From NCBI GenBank assembly GCA_045401115.1, contig CP174359.1, positions 483,247 through 547,246 of the forward strand: DNA of 64,000 bases. The letters run 5' to 3'. This document shows, in pieces, positions 54,819 to 63,727 of this stretch. Both the position numbers and the translations under genes were made by a program. The stretch's first letter is position 1, and each line of letters opens with the position of its first letter. The notes below the pieces were generated by a model. It worked only from the letters and a program-made list of their open reading frames with translations. It was not told where the DNA came from and did not search any database. Source of the stretch: Candidatus Phycocordibacter aenigmaticus. Its GTDB lineage: Bacteria; Patescibacteriota; Minisyncoccia; Phycocordibacterales; Phycocordibacteraceae.

Positions 54819-55010
54819 TTAATACGCTTGGTCATGTGCAGCATTCTCTTCTTTTCCGTGCCAAAAAGTTGCTGCGTCTTCAGTCTGCCGCTTTTTCATA
54901 AAAAAACGAATTAGTGCAGCAGGTCCGATTCCTAAGTAGTATAGACAGAACACGAACCCACGCATGAAACCGTGATTGATTTTTTTAACGAAATTAAGAA
55001 TGTGGTGCAT
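54819..55010 (-). CDS. Small hydrophobic protein (63 aa) immediately upstream of, and co-oriented with, the carbamoyltransferase
   Basis: 'GFVFCLYYLGIGPAALIRFFM' is a single TM. Separated from the carbamoyltransferase start by 4 nt. Confidence 0.35.
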   Translation of the reverse strand: MHHILNFVKKINHGFMRGFVFCLYYLGIGPAALIRFFMKKRQTEDAATFWHGKEENAAHDQAY

Positions 55011-55260
55011 GTAACATTTTATATGAATGGGTATATAAATATAGGCACAGGAGAAATTTGTGAAGCGGTAAATAACAAAGCAATGATCAGTAACAGCAAG
55101 AGCGTGGGAACAATCCAGGGTTTGTTACTCAACTTGAGTAGTCGAAGAATTTGCTTCAAATCTTCACGCATATATCCTATAGCATAGCAGAAAAAAGAAT
55201 AAGATAGTTATATATAACACTTAGTCCTTTATAAAAAATGTGCTACTTTTATGGGTACAT

Positions 55261-56598
55261 ATGCCTCAATTTGTCAGCCGTTTTGCACCAAGTCCTACGG
55301 GGCTTCTCCATGCAGGTAATTATCGCACTGCTGTTTTTGCGTATCTTTTTGCGCGCCACAATGACGGTACGTTCGTACTTCGTATTGAAGACACTGATAA
55401 AAAACGCTCTGAAACACACTATGCTGAAAATATTATGGAGACACTCGACTGGCTTGGGCTTGAATATGATGCCCTACGTCACCAAAGTGAGTGTGTAGAA
55501 GAACATGAGCGTGTACTACGGGATTTTGTTGATCGTGGTATCGCATATGTTTCAAAAGAAACCAGTGAAGACGGATCTCAGAAAGAACTCATCCGTTTTA
55601 AAAATCCTAATAAAAAAATAACCTTTACCGATGTAGTAAGAGGAGATATTACAGTTGATACTACAGACTTGGGTGATTTTGTAATTGCAAAAGGTTTTGA
55701 TGCGCCACTTTTTCATCTAGCAGTGGTTGTTGATGACGCTGTAGGAGGGATCACTCATGTTATCCGTGGCGAAGATCATATTTCAAACACACCGAGGCAA
55801 ATACTTATTTATGAAGCAATTAACGCGCATATACCGCAGTATGTTCACCTTCCGTTAGTACTCGCACAAGATCGTTCAAAACTTTCAAAACGTAAAGGAG
55901 CACGTGCGTTGCTTGAATATCGTGATTTAGGATATTTACCGGACGCTATTTTAAATTACCTCACAATGCTTGGGTGGCACCCCGGAACTGACGAAGAAGT
56001 GTTCACAAAAGAACAACTTATTGAGCGATTTACTCTTCAGCAAATACAGAAGTCTGGAGCAATTTTTGATGAGGTAAAACTTCGTTGGTTTAATCGTGAA
56101 CATATCCTTAGACTAGACCCTAAAGAATTTTCTACAAAAATAAAAGAATGGCTTTCTAAGGAAACATATACAAAACTAAGTGAGCTTAATCGTTTTGAAG
56201 CAATACTTCCTGTTATACGCGAACGTATTGAAATATTTGCCGATGTTAAAACTATGGAAACGGCAGGGGAGTTTGCGTACTTCGTTGAAACACCTCACTA
56301 TACTCCCGAAGAATTACTTTGGAAGAAAGAACCTTCTCTGGCAGTTACTAAAACACACCTTCAAAAGGCGTATGAGCTTCTTAGTGCAGTTTCCCAGTCA
56401 GAATGGGATGTAATTACCACAAAAGAAGCTCTGTGGGATTATGCGAGTGAAGTGGGGAGGGGGAATGTATTATGGCCAGTACGCTTCGCACTCACTGGTA
56501 AAGAAAAATCACCCGATCCATTTACTGTGGCTGCTATACTAGGTAAAGATGAGACACTGGCACGTATTACACACGCGATTACGCATACCACCACGTAA
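55261..56598 (+). CDS. gltX: Glutamyl-tRNA synthetase
   Basis: 'RFAPSPTGLLHAGNYRTAVFAYLFA' (HIGH-type), 'KLSKRKG' (KMSKS-type). Start set at the ATG at 55261 (MPQFVSRFAPSPTG). Confidence 0.9.
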   Translation: MPQFVSRFAPSPTGLLHAGNYRTAVFAYLFARHNDGTFVLRIEDTDKKRSETHYAENIMETLDWLGLEYDALRHQSECVEEHERVLRDFVDRGIAYVSKETSEDGSQKELIRFKNPNKKITFTDVVRGDITVDTTDLGDFVIAKGFDAPLFHLAVVVDDAVGGITHVIRGEDHISNTPRQILIYEAINAHIPQYVHLPLVLAQDRSKLSKRKGARALLEYRDLGYLPDAILNYLTMLGWHPGTDEEVFTKEQLIERFTLQQIQKSGAIFDEVKLRWFNREHILRLDPKEFSTKIKEWLSKETYTKLSELNRFEAILPVIRERIEIFADVKTMETAGEFAYFVETPHYTPEELLWKKEPSLAVTKTHLQKAYELLSAVSQSEWDVITTKEALWDYASEVGRGNVLWPVRFALTGKEKSPDPFTVAAILGKDETLARITHAITHTTT

Positions 56599-58120
56599 AA
56601 TATTAGTACTGTGGGGGTTTTTTCTCCTCGTTTTTTTCGGGTTGTTATTTAGTGCACCATTAGCGCAAGCGGACACAGTTGCTGAATTGCGAGAAAAAAT
56701 AGAGCAACGTAATAGCCAACTTGAAGAATTAGAAGCTGAAATTGCCCGTTTTGAAGCAGAGTTAACCAAAGTTGGCGCTGATCGAAAAACATTAGAAGCT
56801 GAAATCGCTCGCCTTGATTTGTCACGAAAAAAAATCGCTACTGATATTGCGGTTACACAGAATCGGATCGATGCGACTGGTTTTGAACTTGAAGAGCTTG
56901 GAGCAACTATTGAAATTAAAGAAAAACGAATTGAAGAATCCCGTTTCGTTATTAAGAAAACCCTTCGTCTTATTAGTCAAATCGACGAGACACCTATTGC
57001 TGAACATTTTCTTTCAGGAGTTGATTTCTCTGACGCCTGGGAAGAAGCTGATCAGCTACGTCGCATACAGCATGTATTAGGTGATGAAGTGGTTGAACTT
57101 GAAGCAACACGAGCTGCGCTTGAAGCAGATTATATAAGTGCTGCGGAAAAACAAGGAGAACTTATTTCGTTTAGAAAACAACTTTCCGGTCAAAAAAGCG
57201 TCCTTGATCAGAACCGGCAAACACAGTCAGTAGTTCTCTCTGAAACCAGGGATAAAGAATCTGAATATCAAAGTTTACTTGCTGCTAAACGTGAAGCGTT
57301 TGAGCAAATTCAAGCTGAACTCCGAGAATTTGAAGCAGAACTTGAATACACACTCGATCCAACAGATATTCCAAGTCCTGGTTCGGGAATATTTACATTT
57401 CCTCTCGACCCTGCATTTATTGAGCGTTGTGCGGCACGTGAGAGCGCTTTTGGAAATATCTATTGTATTACTCAATACTTTGGTAATACTGCATTTGCTC
57501 AATCAGGGGCATATAACGGACAAGGTCATAACGGTATGGACTTTGGTGCACCTGAAGGAACGCGTGTTATCTCCGCTCTTTCAGGAATAGTAACTGCAAC
57601 TGGTGACACTGATGCTATTACTGCCGGCACAAAAGTATTTGTGACTTTTTCACAAGTTAATGTACGAAACGCTCCAAATGGTTCTATTGTTGGGAGTCAA
57701 CGATCACGGCGCACTGGAGAAGTAGTCGCTGGACCAGTAAGTGCCGGCCAATACTCGTGGTGGAAAATTAATTTTGCTAGTGGCAGTGATGGATGGGTAG
57801 CTGACATTGCTGTTGCAAACGCATGTTATTCATATGGTAAATGGATCTTAGTCACACATGCTAATGGACTTGCAACACTTTATGCGCATCTCTCACATAT
57901 CGGTGTATCACAAGGGGAGCCGATAGGGGTAGGAGGTTTCCTTGGATATTCAGGGAACACCGGTTATTCAACCGGACCGCATTTACACTTCACTGCGTAT
58001 GTAGCAGATGAGGTGCGTGTTGTAAAACTTGGTGAAGTGAAATCAAGTACAAATTGTCCAGCAGCGCGAATTCCAGTAGCTCCAACCGAGGCATACCTCA
58101 ATCCAATCGATTATTTGTAG
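56549..58120 (+). CDS. M23-family metallopeptidase with an N-terminal coiled coil (EnvC-like) and an SH3b-like insert
   Basis: Signal/TM 'ILVLWGFFLLVFFGLLFSAPLAQA'; about 250 aa of heptad-rich coiled coil; catalytic 'HNGMDFGAPEGT' (HxxxD) and 'GPHLHF' (HxH). An SH3b-like segment 'QVNVRNAPNGSIVGSQRSRRTGEVVAGPVSAGQYSWWKINFASGSDGWVA' lies between the motifs. Overlaps the gltX 3' end by about 50 nt if the annotated start is used. Confidence 0.75.
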   Translation: MRHWHVLHTRLRIPPRKILVLWGFFLLVFFGLLFSAPLAQADTVAELREKIEQRNSQLEELEAEIARFEAELTKVGADRKTLEAEIARLDLSRKKIATDIAVTQNRIDATGFELEELGATIEIKEKRIEESRFVIKKTLRLISQIDETPIAEHFLSGVDFSDAWEEADQLRRIQHVLGDEVVELEATRAALEADYISAAEKQGELISFRKQLSGQKSVLDQNRQTQSVVLSETRDKESEYQSLLAAKREAFEQIQAELREFEAELEYTLDPTDIPSPGSGIFTFPLDPAFIERCAARESAFGNIYCITQYFGNTAFAQSGAYNGQGHNGMDFGAPEGTRVISALSGIVTATGDTDAITAGTKVFVTFSQVNVRNAPNGSIVGSQRSRRTGEVVAGPVSAGQYSWWKINFASGSDGWVADIAVANACYSYGKWILVTHANGLATLYAHLSHIGVSQGEPIGVGGFLGYSGNTGYSTGPHLHFTAYVADEVRVVKLGEVKSSTNCPAARIPVAPTEAYLNPIDYL

Positions 58121-58237
58121 TAAGTATTGCATTTTTAATAAAACATTGTGTAATACATATACACAATAATAACGGGGGAGTTCACTATAATGACTTTTTT
58201 ACGTTTAAATGAAAGAGTAACCATAATATAAAAAACT

Positions 58238-58486
58238 ATGAAAATACTACACATGATCGCGTTTACGCTTGTTATCATCGGTGGAATTAATTGGGGTCTT
58301 TTAGCGCTGACTAATTGGGAAATTGGTTCATTATTTGGCGGTATGGACGCATTAATTTCACAAATTATTTATATCCTTGTTGGCGCTTCGGCAATTTATC
58401 TCGCAGTAATGCATAAAAAAGAGTGCAGGAATTGTTCGGCGACCACAGATAAAAATGCTGATATACCACATGACATAGGTACCTAG
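58238..58486 (+). CDS. DUF378-family small membrane protein
   Basis: 'LVIIGGINWGLLAL...ISQIIYILVGASAIY' (the GINWGL signature). Confidence 0.6.
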   Translation: MKILHMIAFTLVIIGGINWGLLALTNWEIGSLFGGMDALISQIIYILVGASAIYLAVMHKKECRNCSATTDKNADIPHDIGT

Positions 58487-58690
58487 GTACCGGGGTTACT
58501 GTATAAATCGCTTAAAATGCGGCATATGCGGCATTTTAAGTACTATATAACCAACAACTAAGAAAGAGGTAGTTTAACCTGTAATGATAAAAAGAGTTTA
58601 ATAAAAACTTATTTTATTTATCACAAAAAAGAAAGAAAGAGCCAGTGTATATATTGGACCTTAGTAACATACGTACATAAGGTAAAGACG

Positions 58691-58786
58691 GTTCAAACGG
58701 CTCAATGGAGTGAGCCGTTTGAACGTATGAGGATAGGAATGTTTTTATGTATATAACTGAGTATTAGAGATATTATACTCAGTTAT
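58691..58786. repeat. Two perfect inverted repeats upstream of the recombinase gene (possible recombination/regulatory sites)
   Basis: Hairpin 1: GTTCAAACGGCTCA-ATGGAG-TGAGCCGTTTGAAC (58691-58724, 14-bp stem). Palindrome 2: ATAACTGAGTAT-TAGAGATATT-ATACTCAGTTAT (58753-58786, 12-bp arms with a 10-nt spacer). Confidence 0.6.
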
Positions 58787-58834
58787 ACACAGAGACAATC
58801 TGCCACTCCTGAAAAATATAGTACTCTTACTAGA

Positions 58835-59845
58835 GTGGTGCGAAAGGTGTTCACTCGCGCTCTCCCCTTGTACATGTCTATGAAAAAAACTGATGATCAA
58901 AATAAAAATCAACTCCCGTTTATAGATGATTTTTTATTACATATTCAAGCTAATAATTACTCCGAAGAGACGCTCTATAACTACGAACGCGATCTTAACA
59001 CCTTTGCGCATTTCCTTACTCAAGAGCTTAATGCCCTCCCCTTCAGTAAAGTCACAAAACGGACTATTGAACAATTTAAAGCATATCTAAATTCAAATGA
59101 TAGAAAGACAGCGAGTGGCAATGCTCCAATAAAACGACTCAGTAGTGGCACTATTAATCGCAATCTTACCTCATTGCGTCGTTATCTTACTTTTTTGATT
59201 GATATGGATTACGAAACGCCTATCGAACCAAGTTCTATTAAATTACTCCGTAGAGAAAAACCACATCCGCAAGTATCAGAGTTAAAAGAACTCGTTACCC
59301 TTATAGAGTCACCAATGAAATTTGAAAAAAATAAATTGGTTGCACTCAGAAATCGCGCGGCACTTGAGACACTTCTTGCCAGTGGTATGCGTATCTCGGA
59401 ACTCATTTCACTCAAACGAAATCAACTCGACGCATCAGGCAGAATCTTTATTGAAGGTAAGGGTAAGAAGCAACGTTTTATTTATCTTACTGACCGCGCA
59501 AAAAAACATATCGTTCGTTATCTAGAAGAACGTACTGATGACTCCCCCTATCTCTTTGTACCGAATCGTGGACTTAATGCACATGATAAAAATAAACATA
59601 TCTCAGCAAATTATTTACAAATGAAAATAAAGCACTACCGTGAATTGCTTGGTATAAATGTCCCCACGAGTGCTCACTCGCTTCGACATGGCTTTGCTAC
59701 TTATCTTGCTGAAGAAGGTGCTAATCCGGCAGCAATACAAATCCTCTTAGGTCACGAATCCCTTGAAACCACAACACGCTACGTGCACGCGTCTGATAAA
59801 TATGCAGAAGATACTCATAAAAAATTCCATCCACTAAAAGATTAG
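58835..59845 (+). CDS. Tyrosine-type site-specific recombinase (XerC/XerD/phage-integrase family)
   Basis: N-terminal SAM-like core-binding domain; catalytic 'AHSLRHGFATYLAEEGANPAAIQILLGHESLETTTRYVH' (R...HxxR...Y). Coordinates taken from the ORF track (my hand count near the start is off by 1 nt). Confidence 0.8.
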   Translation: MVRKVFTRALPLYMSMKKTDDQNKNQLPFIDDFLLHIQANNYSEETLYNYERDLNTFAHFLTQELNALPFSKVTKRTIEQFKAYLNSNDRKTASGNAPIKRLSSGTINRNLTSLRRYLTFLIDMDYETPIEPSSIKLLRREKPHPQVSELKELVTLIESPMKFEKNKLVALRNRAALETLLASGMRISELISLKRNQLDASGRIFIEGKGKKQRFIYLTDRAKKHIVRYLEERTDDSPYLFVPNRGLNAHDKNKHISANYLQMKIKHYRELLGINVPTSAHSLRHGFATYLAEEGANPAAIQILLGHESLETTTRYVHASDKYAEDTHKKFHPLKD

Positions 59846-59896
59846 TGTTGTTCAGAATGGTATACTGATACGTAGTTATTCATTTAATTACTACAT

Positions 59897-60298
59897 ATGA
59901 CACATATTAAAAAATCACAGAACATGATGTTTTTGGGCCGTATTTTACTCGCAATCATTTTTCTTGTTGCCGGTATAAGTAAAATTACTAGTTTTTCTGC
60001 AACAAGTGGTTTTGTGGGAACTGTATTCCCCTTTGCTGAACTCGTTACTGTTCTTGCTATTATTATAGAAATTGGTGGTGCTATTCTTTTGATCGTCGGG
60101 TATCGTACACGATATGCGGCAATTGTCTTGGCAGTGTTTACCCTTGTTGCTGGTTTTGCATTCCATTTTGATCTCAGTGATCAAATGCAAATGACACAAC
60201 TTCTTAAAAACTTTGCGATCGTTGGTGGCCTCCTTTATGTAATTGCAGCAGGTGCGGGGTCGTATTGTATTGAAAAAGATATTCAAGAAGACGCTTAA
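59897..60298 (+). CDS. DoxX-family membrane protein
   Basis: 'FLGRILLAIIFLVAGISKI' and a 4-TM profile typical of DoxX. Confidence 0.6.
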   Translation: MTHIKKSQNMMFLGRILLAIIFLVAGISKITSFSATSGFVGTVFPFAELVTVLAIIIEIGGAILLIVGYRTRYAAIVLAVFTLVAGFAFHFDLSDQMQMTQLLKNFAIVGGLLYVIAAGAGSYCIEKDIQEDA

Positions 60299-60357
60299 AC
60301 GTAACTAACAAAAACTCTAAACACCCCTCTCACGGGGTGTTTTAGTATTACAACCTA

Positions 60358-61095
60358 CTATTTCTCGCAGGCGTTATATGCGTCAATCATCTCCTTCAAT
60401 CCGTATTGATACTCTTCAGATGCGGGTTCATATCCTAAACTTTTAATCAAATCACTACGTTCTTTTTTAAGCGCTTCTTGCTCTTCTTCAGGAGTATCGA
60501 GTGGCCATAATACTTCGAATTCAGCAAACTGAGGTAGATATTCAATATCATTTTCTTCTCCATCAACGGTATGCATAATAGGATTGTCAATATCAATACA
60601 CACTGAGCCGAGACGCAGTGATATCCGATCCTTCATACTCGTTTTACTTACAAAGAGCTCAGATTCATCAAAATCAAAACGTTTTTTCAGAAGCATACAC
60701 ATAGCCCGGTACGCCTCGTCATAAGTCGTATACCGCTTGTTGTACTCAACTACTTCCTCTTCATCTTTGTCATTCGCGCGAAATCCTTTAAGGGTTACCT
60801 CAAACGTCTGCTCTCCAGTGTGTTCGGTAAAAGTGCGTATACGAATAGGAGAACCAAATGCTTCAGCAATGTTCACCTGTTTTAAATCAAAACGCTCGTC
60901 AAGGATATGACCATTAAACACGTGTCCCCCTCCCCGCTCCAGTACTTGTTCAATAAGTAAGTCGGTATCAATATCAATGACTCTCACTTCATCCTCAATA
61001 CGAAGATCTTCACGAGGAACAAGTCCTTCAAACGAACCACACCATCCCCTGTCATTACGTTCTTTTTTGTCAGGAGAATTTTCAAAAGAACTCAT
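60358..61095 (-). CDS. Hypothetical acidic cytoplasmic protein (245 aa)
   Basis: No recognisable motifs; pI clearly acidic, with many D/E. Confidence 0.35.
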   Translation of the reverse strand: MSSFENSPDKKERNDRGWCGSFEGLVPREDLRIEDEVRVIDIDTDLLIEQVLERGGGHVFNGHILDERFDLKQVNIAEAFGSPIRIRTFTEHTGEQTFEVTLKGFRANDKDEEEVVEYNKRYTTYDEAYRAMCMLLKKRFDFDESELFVSKTSMKDRISLRLGSVCIDIDNPIMHTVDGEENDIEYLPQFAEFEVLWPLDTPEEEQEALKKERSDLIKSLGYEPASEEYQYGLKEMIDAYNACEK

Positions 61096-61104
61096 AGTGT
61101 GTGT

Positions 61105-61533
61105 TTATTTATTGGCGATGTGTCCCCAACATGGCATTGAAGCACTCCATGGTTGGACTCCTTGCGTATCATAAAGATAACGTGCGTATTCAAGGTTCCC
61201 TTGCAAGGAATAAATATTAATACCAAGCTCATCAGCTGTTTCTTGATGATACCGAGTATTAATTTGCATCACGCCAATATCATCAGAGTCGACAATACCG
61301 CGTAAAATTTCTCCATCTTTCCCAAGATGACGCATACTACTTTCACAGTGTGCAATCTGGGTAAGAATCGGCGCATCGGCAAAATAATCTTCAACGTACG
61401 CTTCAAGAGAATCGATTTGCTGCTCTGCTGATGTTGCCTGCACTGATGTGCTCACAAGATTAGTATGAGCAGACTCTGCCATAGGAGCTGCAAACGCGCC
61501 ACCGGCAATAAATATAAGTATTGGTATAAACAT
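61105..61533 (-). CDS. Secreted small lytic-transglycosylase-like (lysozyme-fold, VirB1/SLT-like) protein
   Basis: Signal peptide 'MFIPILIFIAGGAFAAP'; catalytic-Glu motif 'IAHCESSMRH'; 'DIGVMQIN' (the G-[LV]-MQ-[IV] SLT motif); 142 aa. Confidence 0.45.
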   Translation of the reverse strand: MFIPILIFIAGGAFAAPMAESAHTNLVSTSVQATSAEQQIDSLEAYVEDYFADAPILTQIAHCESSMRHLGKDGEILRGIVDSDDIGVMQINTRYHQETADELGINIYSLQGNLEYARYLYDTQGVQPWSASMPCWGHIANK

Positions 61534-61751
61534 GGTTTTTAGTCACCCTTCTCTAGAATTCTTTACTATCTAATATCTCATCTAGATTCGGTTGGCTATA
61601 AAAACAGCCCACTGCTGTGGACCGTTCTATGACGGTATTCTAGAATAATCTAAAGTGTTTGTCAAGTACTTCAGACTACAAAAAACAAGCTTACTTTTTA
61701 AGCTTAGAAACTATAAAATAACCTTATATTAAGCGCTCAAATAGACTTTTA

Positions 61752-62525
61752 CTAACAACGCACTTGATCAAGGATGGTTGAATATGCCTCTTCAAGAGAG
61801 TCAACAATCGTATACAGATTAGAGTCTTCACTATCAATAGCTTGGAACTTTTCACATAAATGACTCTTAATTAACTCATCAATGGGTTCCCAGTACGATT
61901 TGCCGTACAATATAATTGGAATTTTTTTAATTTTATGTGTTTGAATAAGAGTAAGAATTTCAAAAAATTCATCGAGTGTCCCAAAACCACCTGGAAAATA
62001 TACATATACCTCTGAAGCAAACGTGAGCATCACTTTACGAGTAAAAAAGTAATTAAATGTTTGCACTTCAGTAGTGTAATCATTTGCAGTCTGTTCATAG
62101 GGAAGAGTGATATTGAGTCCAATTGAATCCCCTCCTACTTCGTATGCCCCCTTGTTAGCCGCTTCCATGATGCCGCCTCCCCCGCCGCTGATAATAGCAA
62201 AACCAGACTTCGAGAGTTTCTTAGAAAGCTCAACTGCATCAGTGTATATTTCATCATGAGCATTAGTGCGAGCAGAACCAAAAAAAGTAGCCGCAAGAGA
62301 ATATTTTTTAAGCAACTCAAACCCTTCAGAAAGTTCTGTCGCCATAATATTTGCACGCTCACGATCCATCGGGCGTGTTCGATCAACTTTTGAAGGGTCA
62401 CACGTTCGTAAATCTGCTTCAAGACGATGTTCTTCAGGAGTGCGAAGTTGTTTTTCACTTACCGTCATTTCATCGTTTTGATTCTCCTCCTTATTCTCGT
62501 TTGGCTCTAATTTCATATACAGCAA
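61752..62525 (-). CDS. LOG-family protein (TIGR00730 Rossmann fold; cytokinin riboside 5'-monophosphate phosphoribohydrolase-like)
   Basis: 'FAIISGGGGGIMEAANKGA' and 'VYFPGGFGTLDEFFEILTLIQ' (PGGxGTxxE). About 60-aa N-terminal extension. Confidence 0.75.
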   Translation of the reverse strand: MLYMKLEPNENKEENQNDEMTVSEKQLRTPEEHRLEADLRTCDPSKVDRTRPMDRERANIMATELSEGFELLKKYSLAATFFGSARTNAHDEIYTDAVELSKKLSKSGFAIISGGGGGIMEAANKGAYEVGGDSIGLNITLPYEQTANDYTTEVQTFNYFFTRKVMLTFASEVYVYFPGGFGTLDEFFEILTLIQTHKIKKIPIILYGKSYWEPIDELIKSHLCEKFQAIDSEDSNLYTIVDSLEEAYSTILDQVRC

Positions 62526-62560
62526 ATAGTATCACTATACAAAGATGGCTATCCCCATGC

Positions 62561-63169
62561 TTATTTTTCCAAGGGTGTTTGCCATGGAATAGCGTATTGG
62601 GTAAATTCTGGTAAAAGCATCCGATCATACAAAAGACGAGAAGCAACTTCACCATGACAAAGCGCACCAGTAAGCGCGTTATGTGGATGCGGCTCCTCAG
62701 GAATACCTACATAATTCAATACCGCGTCAAGATTAAGTGCGGTGCGGTGGTGTTCAGTATCAAAAGGAGGCGTAATCCCTTGTTTAATCATATGCATGTA
62801 TGCCAGCGTATGCGTATCAATAGTGCGATATGCTAAAGGGAATTCGAGATGTGCTCGTTCAGCTGCTGTTCGCATAAAATCTCGGTCAAACGAAGGGTTT
62901 TGTCCTACAATAGTCCAGTCACGTTTATCTTGTATCCAGTTAAAAAAATCAGCAGTAATCTCTCCCTCACTCTTTTTTGTTTCATCGAGAATTTCTTCTT
63001 TAGTGAACCCGTTTACTTCAAGAGCACCGTCATCAATATGAGCACCATCCCAAACCCGACATTCCGCATAAAAACGATCTTCGGGGTTATCAAAATCAAA
63101 AGCGCCAATAGACACCACTGAATGAAGATTAAAATTTACACCAGAAGCTTCTACATCAAGAATAATCAT
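62561..63169 (-). CDS. DEDDh-family 3'-5' exonuclease (paralogue of 4469-5053)
   Basis: 'MIILDVEASG' (D-x-E), 'SIGAF', and C-terminal 'HNALTGALCHGEVASRLL' (H-x4-D region). Same length class and motif order as the ORF at 4469. Confidence 0.55.
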   Translation of the reverse strand: MIILDVEASGVNFNLHSVVSIGAFDFDNPEDRFYAECRVWDGAHIDDGALEVNGFTKEEILDETKKSEGEITADFFNWIQDKRDWTIVGQNPSFDRDFMRTAAERAHLEFPLAYRTIDTHTLAYMHMIKQGITPPFDTEHHRTALNLDAVLNYVGIPEEPHPHNALTGALCHGEVASRLLYDRMLLPEFTQYAIPWQTPLEK

Positions 63170-63227
63170 AACGGATTTTTATTATAAGTAAGGAACATCA
63201 ATACAAACATTTTAACATTGTTTAAGA

Positions 63228-63596
63228 TCATAAACCTTCACAATTTGCTGCCGGCGTATACCCTGCTTGCTCAGCCTCTTTGCGGGTGCCAAACCAAATT
63301 TTATTCTCCTCATTCATAACCTGTGCTCCTGAGCACCACGGGAAATGATATTTTGATCCATGACGTGACGCAACAAAGTTCTGTTCAGATTCATCCCCTC
63401 TACTGAGAGTATCTGTATATGTTGATGAATTTGTTAAAGGCAGCACCTCAAAACCACTCGAAGAGTTATATAGCACCGATAAACGCCCGAGCCCAAAAGC
63501 TGCCAAAGCAGTAAGAGCGATAACGAGTATAATAAAAACGTCGTTGAGCGAAATCCGAAAAAAGTCCTTCATTTTATATAAGAAATTCCATACCAT
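63228..63596 (-). CDS. Membrane-anchored protein with a C-terminal Cys-containing (YHxxxC...AGYxP...C) small domain
   Basis: TM 'VFIILVIALTALAAFGL'; C-terminus 'SRHGSKYHFPWCSGAQVMNEENKIWFGTRKEAEQAGYTPAANCEG'. This Y-H-x3-C ... A-G-Y-x-P ... C pattern recurs in small bacterial metal-binding/cell-envelope domains; exact family uncertain. Confidence 0.35.
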   Translation of the reverse strand: MVWNFLYKMKDFFRISLNDVFIILVIALTALAAFGLGRLSVLYNSSSGFEVLPLTNSSTYTDTLSRGDESEQNFVASRHGSKYHFPWCSGAQVMNEENKIWFGTRKEAEQAGYTPAANCEGL

Positions 63597-63727
63597 ATCT
63601 CAATGCCTTTGACCTTGTCGTATATCACTACTTGAAAAAAACCCTTCTATACAGTATATTACACGATAGATTCTGCAGCTTTCTTTTAGAGAGCTCAAGG
63701 CGGGGTTTATATTAAATAACAGAGTGT

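Noticed and set aside
58478-58493. Perfect 14-nt palindrome GGTACCTAGGTACC right at the stop of the DUF378 gene.
   Set aside because: It is too short, with a 2-nt loop, to be a convincing terminator. It may simply be a restriction-site-like palindrome (KpnI/AvrII). It is noted only in case it recurs genome-wide.
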